Positions 54,501 to 64,000 of a stretch of 64,000 nt of DNA are shown here, piece after piece. The stretch is taken from NCBI GenBank assembly GCA_001938485.1, contig MQRK01244667.1:68150-132149 (forward strand), in the 5' to 3' direction. Position numbers and translations under genes: made by a program. Source of the DNA: Girardia tigrina. Its lineage: Eukaryota. The notes beneath the pieces were generated by a model, which did no database searches, had not been told where the DNA came from, and worked only from the letters and a program-made list of their open reading frames with translations. Within the stretch, counting starts at the first letter, position 1. The number at the start of each line of letters is the position of its first letter.

Positions 54501-55200
54501 AGAGTTCCGTGAACTTTATTTTGTTCAGTTAGCTCTTTTGCAATTTTCATTCAAGGAAAAATATATTAAAATTATCAAATATTAACGAAAAAAATAATTA
54601 AAAAATAAAATACATATTTAAAAATACCAATAAATATATTAAAATAAATTATTTAAAAATTATCAAATTTTTACTGAAATAAATATGAAAAAAATCGAAA
54701 TTAAATTAAAATAATTTGTATTAATTTTTATAGATTATTAAAAAAATAGCAGATTCAAATTTCTGATTAAATTTAAAACAAAAGAGACATTCCAAAAACT
54801 TAAATTAAGACGATTTAATTTATAAATACAATTCAATCGGTAAAGAAATATCTAATAAAAAATTCGATTTAAATATTTAAAAATATTTTATTTATCAAAA
54901 AAAACTAAAAATATTTATTTCAATTATTAAAATTTTTTATCGATTATTATTTTTTTTTGATTTGTAAATATTTAAAAAAAAATTCAAAAGTAAAAATAAT
55001 TTTGATTATTATTTAAAATTCAACCGTCTCATTCCCATCAACAGAATTCTCGGATATTCATCGCTGATCGATTGATCGATATATCCTTCCGATGTCAAAG
55101 TGTCTTCGTCTTCGTATCCCGGATTAATAAAGTCATTTGTAATACTACCAACAATATTCTCTGACATTACGTTCTTTTTATGAATTACAATATCAGCCAT
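32899..55200 (-). CDS. RRAGC/D: Ras-related GTP-binding protein C/D (RagC/D), about 383 aa; exons 55025-55200, 51909-52003, 49139-49272, 46883-47082, 43966-44080, 39968-40113, 39775-39923, 32899-33035
   Basis: [10 protein letters not shown]|[69 protein letters not shown]; all junctions GT-AG and in phase. Confidence 0.97.
33983..35154 (+). mobile_element. Decayed Penelope-like 3' fragment with direct and inverted terminal copies
   Basis: YIGE..TRIGEH GIY-YIG remnant near 34915-34960; 34062-34105 repeats 35112-35154; 33983-34062 is inverted at 34382-34463. Confidence 0.65.
37305..37420 (+). ncRNA. HDV-like self-cleaving ribozyme
   Basis: P1 GGGATAT/GTATCCT with G1-U wobble; P2 GCTGCTC/GAGTAAGC; P3 GCC/GGT; L3 TCCCCGT; P1.1 CC/GG; P4 region with two hairpins; J4/2 GGCTAAAT with the catalytic C at 37407. 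Confidence 0.85.
37305..38622 (+). mobile_element. Internally deleted RTE-like LINE (5' ribozyme, AP endonuclease, zinc-finger tail, 3' UTR; no RT)
   Basis: [30 protein letters not shown] motifs; jumps near 38132 to the zinc-finger tail; imperfect TSD ACATTGG(A/G)..AG. Confidence 0.88.
38992..39032 (+). ncRNA. Degenerate minimal type I hammerhead ribozyme at the Penelope 3' end
   Basis: ATTG-CTGGTGA-T-GGAAG/TTTCC-GCAA-CATGT-A-CAAT; palindromic stem III (ACATGT); two core substitutions. Confidence 0.55.
39053..39505. mobile_element. Tigger-type MITE spanning a gap
   Basis: Perfect TIR CAGGTAGTCGTCGACTTACGACC, TA TSD. Confidence 0.92.
40702..40950. mobile_element. MITE with 3-bp TTA TSD (Zator/PIF-Harbinger type)
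   Basis: GGGTCCGTTCATAAACGACGTC / GACGTCATTTATGTACAGCGCC flanked by TTA. Confidence 0.8.
41361..41700. repeat. Long inverted repeat (foldback), arms ~125-140 bp
   Basis: 41361-41486 is the reverse complement of 41562-41700 apart from small indels. Confidence 0.9.
42714..43542. mobile_element. Non-autonomous hAT element
   Basis: 8-bp TSD CTAGAAAT/CTAGAAAC, CA..TG ends, GGGGCCCTGGGCT subterminal motifs. Confidence 0.8.
44571..45802 (+). mobile_element. Decayed Tc1/mariner element (DD37D/DD41D-like)
   Basis: [32 protein letters not shown]; CAGGGT / ACACCCT ends. Confidence 0.8.
45988..46025 (-). ncRNA. Minimal type I hammerhead ribozyme (Penelope-type)
   Basis: - strand CTGAGGA-T-GGGA/TCTC-GAAACGCGTC: intact core, palindromic stem III ACGCGT, GUC triplet; stem I weak. 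Confidence 0.68.
47148..47886. mobile_element. pogo/Tigger-type non-autonomous element
   Basis: TIR CCGTATTTTATTGAATAAAC / GTTTATTCGATAAAATACGG. Confidence 0.75.
48598..48915. repeat. Two interleaved inverted repeats (A-B...A'-B')
   Basis: 48598-48622 is inverted at 48803-48828; 48622-48707 is inverted at 48830-48915. Confidence 0.85.
49746..50908. mobile_element. pogo/Tigger-type element with internal unrelated sequence
   Basis: Perfect TIR CCGTATTTCTTCTAATAGAGCGACA, TA TSD, subterminal AGACCGACA repeats, DDE C-terminal remnant near 50090-50150. Confidence 0.88.
51041..51272. mobile_element. piggyBac MITE
   Basis: TTAA|CCCTTGAATGCAT ... ATGCATTTAAGGG|TTAA. Confidence 0.9.
53597..54059 (+). 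mobile_element. pogo-type deletion derivative
   Basis: TIR CCCTGTTTTATGGTTAT, TA TSD, AGGTGCCAC repeats, HTH start [18 protein letters not shown]. Confidence 0.88.
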
Positions 55201-55938
55201 AATAGTTGTCGGCAAATCAAATTATTTCTATTTAAAAATCAAACAGTTATTCCTACTTTTTTCAAATTTGAATATTTGATAAAAGAAATTATTTTTTTAA
55301 TGCAGTTAAACAAAATTGCATAAACACAAATTATTTGATAATTTTTAAATAGAAATTCTAGTATAATTTTTTTCTGATGTTCATTTCTTACACATAAAAA
55401 TAAAACGGTTATATTTTCTGGTATTTAAAAAATGTTGAAATTCGATTTTTTTTTAAATCCAACATGTGAACTTAATTAAAATGTTACAAAAGGGTCGTGT
55501 AGAACATGTAACGTTATTTAATTGGTAGATATTTTTGTAGTAAAATATATTTTATATCAGGTGGAATAATTTTTTTCGGCGGATTTCGTAAAGCCGGTCT
55601 CTTTAAACCGGCCTTAATTTATGTCTACATTTGACTTTATTAAGAAACAAAAAATTAACATATGTATCAAGTTTTTTTAAAAAAATATTTTTATTAATTT
55701 ATCAATATGGAATTATTTATTTAATAATAAAATTGTTTATAATTCATATATTTGAAGTTGTAAATGGTTTTTATATTGCTCATGGCAAATCGTGTTATTG
55801 AGTAGAATTACCTCCTATATTTTGCGTAGTCACATGCATCAATCGAACAAAATTTCTAACGTTTTAGATAATGCTAACATGCTTAAAACGAAGCCAATTA
55901 GAAGAGATAGAGAAACGAATTCATTAAATCACAGTGTA

Positions 55939-56005
55939 TATGGATGAGAAGCGTGACTTTGACATAATGAGTTGATGATTTTACTGGAAATCTTTAACAC
56001 TGAAA
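55939..56005 (+). ncRNA. Candidate box C/D snoRNA
   Basis: C-like TGGATGA, D' ATGA, C' TTGATGA, D CTGA in order; ACTTTGACAT upstream of D' is complementary to conserved LSU rRNA AUGUCAAAGU. Confidence 0.33.
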
Positions 56006-58442
56006 AGTAATATTAAGCGTATTTTAAATAAAGAAATTTATGCTTTTCTTATTTAATGACAATTTAGAATATTTAATAGTAATATTCTTAGAATAAAAAT
56101 TAAGATGATATTAATAACTAATTATTAATATATATTTTTATTTTAAATATTTTTTTTAATTAATATAAATATTTTCTTAAATAATAAAATAATTTTTTTA
56201 TTAATTATAAATATTTTGTTTATTATTTAAAAAATTTCTTATTAAAAAAATAAATTAATATATTTTATTATAAAATTTAGTTAAGAATATGCTGTACGTA
56301 ATTAATTTGCTATTCGAATAGGAAAAATTTACAATTTTTATAATACAGATTAATTACAACTAAAAATTTAAAGCGATTATTATTGTTTTAATTAAGTGAA
56401 TGTGGAGTACTAGAGCTAAAGATGAGAGAGAGAAATGTGTGATTTATCCACAACAAGCTTGGGCAGTTCTGTTTGACGTTGTTCACATGTTATTTTGTCT
56501 TTGAAAATCTTGTAGATGGTTATAATTAACTAGCAATGTGAAGAACACAGACCCGGACTCATTTACCTCTAAGGTCAAAGGCGTCACGAAACATTGTGGT
56601 AAATGCAAATATCTACTTTGATCTCTAAAAATCTGAGGATGTTAACTACTGTCACTTTCATTGCTGTATTTGTAAATTGCCTTTTCAAAAATAGATAATG
56701 AATTATTCGACAAATTTATTTGTAAAGAATTTAGAGAAATTTATTCGCATAAATAATTCGGAATATTAATCAATTAATTTTTAGAAAAAAGTTTATTATT
56801 TATTAATCTAAAATTTTTTATTGAAAATTATTTTTAATATTATGAAAATAATGAAAAGAAACAAAATTGTTTTAAATTTTTGTAAAATTTTCAATCAAAA
56901 AATATTATTTATTGCAAAAATAATAAAATAAATAAATAAAATATTTTAGAAAAATAAAAAAAATTATTTTTATTATCAGGAAAAAATTATTAAAAATATT
57001 TTTTTTGTCGTTTTTCTTTTATTTTTTGAAGAATCACTTAGATAAATTTATAATATTAAATTCCGGTTTTGAAAATGAAATAAATGATTATTTTTATTTT
57101 TTTAGTATAACAGAAGTCTCACGGTCACATCCAAGACTGATTGATTAAATGCTGATAGTTTAGTGGAATGTTTTTCCAAAATATTTAATTATTGTACTAC
57201 TAGATGTTAAATGTCAGATTGTAAAATTTTGCAAGAAAATGACAGCAAATACTTCAAAAGAAATTTCAAAGTTATATGGTATAATTGTATGTATTGGACA
57301 GTTATTAACAGTAATAAAATGATAAATTTTGATACAGTTCATCTTATATGTGGCACAGTGTTAACTTTCAAATGGGCGTATAGGATAACAGTAGGTCAGC
57401 AGTTGCTTGCCTGTTGTCAGAATAATAGATGACTTATACCAATTATATCATCCAAACCTGGTGAAAAAATGATAGTAAAGATCCAATCGTTCTCCTATAT
57501 ATTTTTTTCATTCTTTCCTATTATTCCTTTTTAAACTAAAAGTGCTTTTTTGTAACTTTTAAACACTTATGCAATTTACTATCAGTGTTACCTACGTTTC
57601 AGTTATAATATATTTTTTAGTATTTGTTATAAAATAACCCAGTAGAATATTTCCCATTTCCGATAGTGGAAAAGTAGAAAATAGAGAGTATGGTATTTTT
57701 ACTGTAGATATTGATTTTACGGGAATACTAATTTAAGATTGAAAAAGCAATAACAAAGCATATTTACGTATGAAACGCAAATAATATAAACTTACATTGT
57801 TACAGTTTTATTTTGAAAAATAATGAATCAATAAACAAAATAGGATTTGAAGGATACTTCTTATCTCAAGTTACTAAAGTACAAATACACAAAAACTATC
57901 ATTTGAAAAGAAGGAAGTATGCGTTTGTCTTGAAAAATTCGCAGAAAGTATCCGGATATGTTTCTATCCATAATTAATTTATTTTATAATTTTACTAAAA
58001 CTTTCAGGTGTAGTTGTGACCTTTAAATATACATTGTTACCGATTGTTTACTTTCTCAGTTTCACTTAATTTAATTCAAACACGCAAACGTATGCGTTGC
58101 GGAATGTGCATTTACAAGTACTGACACTATATCACGTGTCAATGAAAACATTTCACACTACTTTTGGTAGTAACTTGCGGTGAGCAATATTGTTCAGTTT
58201 ATTTTTATAATTCAAAACAAAAAATATTCATTTAAGGATTAAGGTAAATTTCCTGTATATCATGATAAAAAAGATCATTTTCTTACATGAATAGTAGTCG
58301 AACGACTGGAGGATCAATCTATTTTTAAATTTATCTGCTTGATTCGTTTGAAAATGTGTTTTTTGATCAATGAATTCGTGAATTAATATTTTTTTAAGAT
58401 AATATTGATTGAAAAAAAAGATCATTTAACAGTTTATTTGAA

Positions 58443-58595
58443 CTGATGCCACATTGAGTTATTTTGTTCTTGAGGAATTGTCAGGCTACAATACAAGTAT
58501 CTGAACATTGTTTTCCCCCGAGTTATATCAGTGTTAAGTGCGTTTAACAACTTATTGTTCGGAGGTATTTACTTGTATATTGTAATAAAACATCT
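58443..58595 (+). ncRNA. Candidate structured RNA (H/ACA-like or long hairpin)
   Basis: Stacked helices ATACAAGTA/TACTTGTAT, TCTGAACA/TGTTCGGA, TGTTAAG/TTTAACA; preceding pocketed hairpin, ANANNA motif and terminal ACA. Confidence 0.35.
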
Positions 58596-60039
58596 AAATA
58601 TTTTAGTGAATATTTGTATCTTTTCCCTTCTTCGATTATATTTTCAATGCAATCTTTATAGTAATATAGTAATATTCTTCAGGCCTTATCGCAAACTAAC
58701 TTTAGATTTCATTATAAATCAGACTGTTTGACTAGTGGTATTATGTATAAAAATGTTATTTATCTTTATTTATATTTTTAAATCTTGTATTGATTATTTT
58801 GTTTTTGTGAAATGTAATATTTTCTCGTTTAATTTTGTTTATCTGAAGAAGATATAAATCTAAATTATTATTTTTTAATTGAGGATGGAAGTTGATTTAT
58901 AATTTAATTACAAAAATTAAAGTAAATAAATTATATATTTTTTTATCGTTTTTTTGTTTAAATGTTTTTGATAATTTCTAATAATAATATTTCTAGTTAT
59001 TATAATTTACATATACAATATTAATTTATATTCTAGTTACAAATATTTAAGGAAAATTAAAATTAATTTCATTTTTATTAAGGAAACTTAGATTTAGTTA
59101 ATTAAAAATTTAATTAGGTTATAACTATTAATAATAAATATCCGAATTATTAGGAACACCAACATGGGTTTTCGAACTTTTATTTCCAATACAATTAGAA
59201 TTGTCTTTTGGACAATTCTCAGCAAAACTTTCGTAATTCGACATCGTTCTAAATTGATAAATTTTAGTTAATGTTTTTTAATAAGCAATTCGAACAAATT
59301 TTTCATTATTTTCAGATTTTATTTTTAAAGTTCAAATTTTGTAATTTTAGTAATAATTTTATTTACATATTAATTTTATTTAAAAAATTATTTTATGGAA
59401 AAAAAGAACATTTATTTAATATAAACTTAGTTAAAACTATTTACTTTATTTAAATTTTAATATTAAATTTGAAACGATTTAATATTTTTAAAGTTTCTAA
59501 ATATCTTATGTACTTTAAAATGCAAATTATACTTGAATAATTATTTATCGTGAACATCTAAAATATAAATTTTCCATTAGAGTGGGAGAAACATGTTTCC
59601 AAATACTAAACTCAACATACAAAATTCGACATACCAATTTCAACATACCAAATTTAAAATATTCCTCACACCAATAAAAATATAATATTAAATATATCTA
59701 TTTATTTTTAAATTTAATGCTATTGAGAACTCTTTATTTAACGGTGCTTCTCGGCAAGATTAAGAGCAAATAGTAAATAAAGTGATATAAATTAAAAAAA
59801 GACACATATAATGTTTTAACCAACCTCCTTTAAGGTTGTTGATTTCTTCCCTCTGATGACTTTCGAGACATGATATAAAAAGTTCTCTAAATTAAAACTA
59901 TCAAGTCCACATAAAAATATTCTACACATTGTCTTTCTACTCATTGTCTTTGAAGAATCAAGGTACAAAATTATAACTTTCCAAATAGTACGTATTCAAA
60001 AATAATAATTTTTGTAATTTATTAATCGCTAATTATTTA

Positions 60040-61318
60040 TGTGGTGCTTTCAATAAGTACCCGACCTAAGGTAAAAAAATATAATAGAAAATTTTAATTT
60101 TTTGTGTAATGAAATATATTAAGATAGGTTTTAATTTCTGTAATTGTTTATTTTATGAAACACATTAAAATTTTTATTTTGACATTTTGAATTTTCGTCA
60201 GTGCGATGATTTCAGACATCGAATATCGATGCGTTATCAAGTTCTTCGTGTTGGAGAAGAAGAGGTGCAGTGAAATCTATGATGTTTTTTTAAGTCAACT
60301 TACTTACAAGACTCTCCATCTCTAACAACTGTTAAATATTGCTTCAGAGATTTTAAAGGTGATAGCAACTTTATTTTTGATCAAGAAAAATTTGGTCAGA
60401 CACAAGACCATTTTGATACAGTTGATGAAAATTTGGAGAAGAGAGTCATAGAAGAGTATCAAATTACTATGGAAATGATTTCAATGAAGCTCAACATCCG
60501 TGTTGGTACAGTCAATGCAAAATTGAAATCTATGACTATCAGAAAACTGCTCCAGATTCTAAACCCATTTCTTGACTAGTGAAATGATGTGAAAGCACTT
60601 GGAGTGCAGTCAGAACAGCTTTAACCAGTGGGACCAGAATAATGAGATTTTTCTGTCAAATTTAATTACGGAGGATTAAATCCAACTCAGTATGTATTTA
60701 CTAGAAATAATGCGTGTATCAGCAGAGTGAAAACTGGTTGGAGAAAAGCTATCTTTGAAGATGCAAACGGGAACAAGTCATGGATCAGCAATGATGCTTG
60801 CCCTTTTCTGGGATCACAAAAGTGTAATTCTCATGGATTTTGCCGATAATGACATTCCCATCAACGCTGCCTTTTAGAGCAAACTCGTGGAAAACGCCAG
60901 AAAAATAAAAAGAGATAAAAGAACACGCCACTATGTTTCTCCTCAACAATACGCCAGTGCACATAGTTGGCATTTCACGGGCCACAAATTAATGTGGATA
61001 ATCCGCCATACAGCCAAGATTTGGTATCGAGCGATTTTTACCTCTTCCGATATCTAAAGAAACATTTGAGTAGCATCCAGTTTGGAACAAATTTGAAGTT
61101 GCCGTGGAGGAATTCTTCGACGCATGCCTACCTGAATTTTACAAAATGGCGTTTTCTAAGTTCATTATTTGCTGGTAGAAGTGTGTTGAGCGACATTGTG
61201 TTGAAAAATGATGCCTAGAATGTAGGCCCTACATACGTTAAGCTTGTTTTGTTATAAAAATGGCCCTTTTTGGAATTTGTTTTCTTTGTTAGACTGGGTA
61301 CATAGTGAATGCACCACG
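60040..61318 (+). mobile_element. Decayed mariner element
   Basis: TIR GTGGTGC..GTACCC..CTAA / TTAG..GGGTAC..GCACCACG, TA TSD; YRCVIKFF, ITED, NPPYSQDLVSSDFYLF. Confidence 0.9.
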
Positions 61319-62519
61319 TATAATTGTTTGATTTTCGATATATTGGCAAATTCTTAAATCTATTTATATATTTTAAAAATTAATTTAAATAATTTATTTA
61401 AACATTACGAACTTAAAAAAGACAATTTCCTTGGATTATCTGTGATTAACACAGCTCAATATTTGGTTCATGTAAAGAAATTTAGGATTGCAAACATGAA
61501 GATAGGAAGCATCGAATTTGTGGGTTGTTTGTCAAAGTACCTTTTATGAATAAGAAGAAATCGACAGGATCATATTTTCATCACTATAAGTTATCTAAAC
61601 ATCAACTATTTTCTGCACAGAAATCAGTTGTATAACATTGTACAGGAAGAAAAAGTTTGATAAAATTGAAAACACCGTTCTGAGCTCCATCAAAATGTCT
61701 CTGAACAATAGAAGTGTGAGAAACATATTATTCACGTAGAATTTATTTATACATTTTATTTCCTCGAACATAATTAAATTTCTCATGCTACTTGTTTTTT
61801 TTCATTTATAAATCTTCTTCAGCTTTGTGATCAATGTGGACAATTTATAAATGAGTTCATGCAGCCCATACAAGGTTAATAACATGTCTCTCGTAATTCC
61901 AAGAGAATTTCTTACTGGCTTCTCACTATTCAGCAAAAACATCATTAGAAAGAAATTTTTATAGTTAATCGATTATTATGGCTGAAAAAGAGCCTGATAT
62001 TACAAATAGGTATGAAGTATCTTTTTTCTGTTGCTTTATTAATAAAACTAAAATAATTTCGAAGCCTCTTAGTGTTAAAGGATGGTGGTTTTATGGAGCT
62101 TCAAACATTTATGTTCATCAAAAAGGATCAAGATTCTTCTACAAGCTCACCACTTCCCGTGTCATCTTTGTAATCTTGCTCAAATTTTATAGCATAAGAA
62201 TTTAGAGAATGGAGGTATTATTCTTCAAATTTAATTTAATAGTTCAAAAGTATCTGGCATTTAAATACATGTTAAAGAAAGTGCCTAATAACTTTGAAGA
62301 AGCAGTTTTCAAATATTATGAGAATTTGAGCCAATTGCATATGTGATTGTTTGGCGTGTTTTAAATAAAATCGAGTACGATTGTGAAAAAATAGTGTCTG
62401 ATTAAAATGTGTTGCAAAAAAATGTTCAATCCAATTGGAATTCATGTTGTATAAAAAATGTATCATCAAATATACGATTTTCAATTTTTATTTCGTTATT
62501 TCGATAAATCGAATGAGAT

Positions 62520-62862
62520 ATGAAAAAATTACTTTCACCAAAATTAACGAATTGGTTTTCATCAAACGACAGTTTGACAAAGCCTTATAATAAAACATTT
62601 AAATTAAATCAAACAAAAGTTTCAAATATCGTTAGAGAATTTAAAAACGACAAATCGATTTTACCGACGATAAATAAAACTTTTCTGGATCTCATGTACT
62701 GTCATTATAATCAGGATGATAAAAATTGCCTTGAGACAATTCAATCGATTTGTAATTATTTAATCAAACTCTTTGTGTTTTCTGATCGAACAGTGGCATT
62801 AATTGCAATAAAAATTATGCCTTCCTTTTTATTTGCTTACCTTTCTATTGACAATAGGCACG
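62520..62862 (+). CDS. Hyccin/FAM126-like protein, first coding exon (3' boundary uncertain)
   Basis: Pattern W-F...DKSIL...LETIQSICNYL..LF...ALIAIKIMPSFLFAYLS resembles the hyccin N-terminus; downstream KIEAI and LSRLVYHQ resemble later motifs but were not joined cleanly. Confidence 0.6.
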
Positions 62863-63759
62863 GTTTCCGTCCCAATTTTTTTCAGATTTTTTTGAAAATA
62901 AAAAGAAAGACTTTGTATATTTTATTAGAATCAATTTAATTTTATAAATTATTATTTTAATCATCCATCTTTCATCCACCACCTTATTGACCACTTGGTC
63001 GCATGTTTGAGCTATTGACGCTTTTTGGTTCATTCGTGAATTGGAAAGTCTTTTAAGTTCTAAACATTTTGTTGCTTTCGTCGCAAATTCCCCCTAGGAT
63101 CAAGATTGAGGCTATTTGGGTTATTAAATAACTTAAAAATAACTGCTCGTTCAATTTAGATATTTGCTTGACTCCATTTTTATATTGAAATTTAGTTATT
63201 TAAAAACTCTGAAAATAGAGCTTTCTCGACTAGTTTATCATCAAGCATTTTTAATAATTTTTCCTTCCTTATATTGAGATTAAGAATCAAAATACTTGGA
63301 GCAAATATTGCTTTATTAATAAATTAAAAAAATAATAATGAAAAAGATAAAGTAAATAATTTTTTATTAGAATACTTTAAAAAAAGACAACAAAATGATT
63401 CAAAATAGATTTCTGTAAGATAAAAGTTATAGTATACATTAATAATACGAAAATTTTAGTATATTTTTGCACGACATTTCAGAAGAGATAAATGAACTCA
63501 GTTTCGTCAACTGTACAAGAAAGTATAATTGTAGAAACTGCGAAGAATAGCCATATATTTATTAATAAATAATTACATGTATGATTAATACAAATTTTAT
63601 TTATTTTTATTTTTTATTCATTTGTACAAAAAATTAAATCCATATTAAAAATAAAGAATTACTTAAAATTATTTCAATATAAACCTCTAATCATATGTAA
63701 ATTATATATACATATTATTGAGTCTTGCGAATGCTAATTTGATACAGAAGAAAGGTAAA

Positions 63760-64000
63760 CCTCGCACTACTGGATAGAAAACTGAGTATCGTAGAGACTG
63801 TAGTACCAGCATTGGCGTACAGGTTAGTGAGCAATAGATTCTATATCGGGTAGCAACCGTAAATAGACAATACAGAGCCTATTGACTTTCTCGAACGGCT
63901 TTACATACAAGAATGGGAGCTTTAAGCCAACGGGCACGCTTCGGTTTCCCAGTCAGAAAGGACTAGTCATGATCCCTTGTACAATGATTTTGTAGAGCTT
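63760..64000 (-). mobile_element. 3' end of zinc-finger-tailed LINE (subfamily B), runs off the window
   Basis: Colinear similarity to 5815-6018 (GTACCAGCATTGGCGTACAGG, CACGCTTCGGTTTCCCAGT). Confidence 0.85.

Noticed and set aside
57277-57451. Second pseudoknot enclosed by an 11-bp helix
   Set aside because: Helices are AU/GU-rich and of a length expected by chance; kept only as part of the broader region finding
59845-59880. Hammerhead-like CTGATGA..GAGAC
   Set aside because: No stem II and an altered GAAA

Overview
AT-rich eukaryotic genomic DNA, almost certainly from an invertebrate animal: spliceosomal GT-AG introns sit at positions typical of animal RagC/D, alpha-tubulin and GBF1 genes. 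Several assembly gaps mostly abut (TA)n microsatellites. Host genes reconstructed by hand: (1) 5' part of a GBF1-like Arf-GEF (- strand); (2) a complete but very divergent alpha-tubulin with a repetitive ~215-aa C-terminal tail and Q at the catalytic E254 position (-); (3) an unrecognised spliced gene head-to-head with the tubulin (+); (4) a complete 8-exon RagC/D GTPase (-); (5) first exon of a hyccin/FAM126-like gene (+). Large introns are packed with decayed transposons: pogo/Tigger, mariner, Tc1, IS630-like, hAT, piggyBac, Zator-like, Penelope-like, a tiny LTR element and a zinc-finger-tailed LINE family. The most notable observation is an internally deleted ~1.3 kb LINE that starts exactly at the predicted cleavage site of an HDV-like ribozyme, ends in a conserved structured 3' UTR, and sits inside the GIY-YIG coding sequence of a hammerhead-bearing Penelope element. 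A ~3 kb ORF-poor, hairpin-rich region upstream of RagC/D may be an ncRNA/snoRNA host locus. All calls were made by eye; no searches or folding programs were run.
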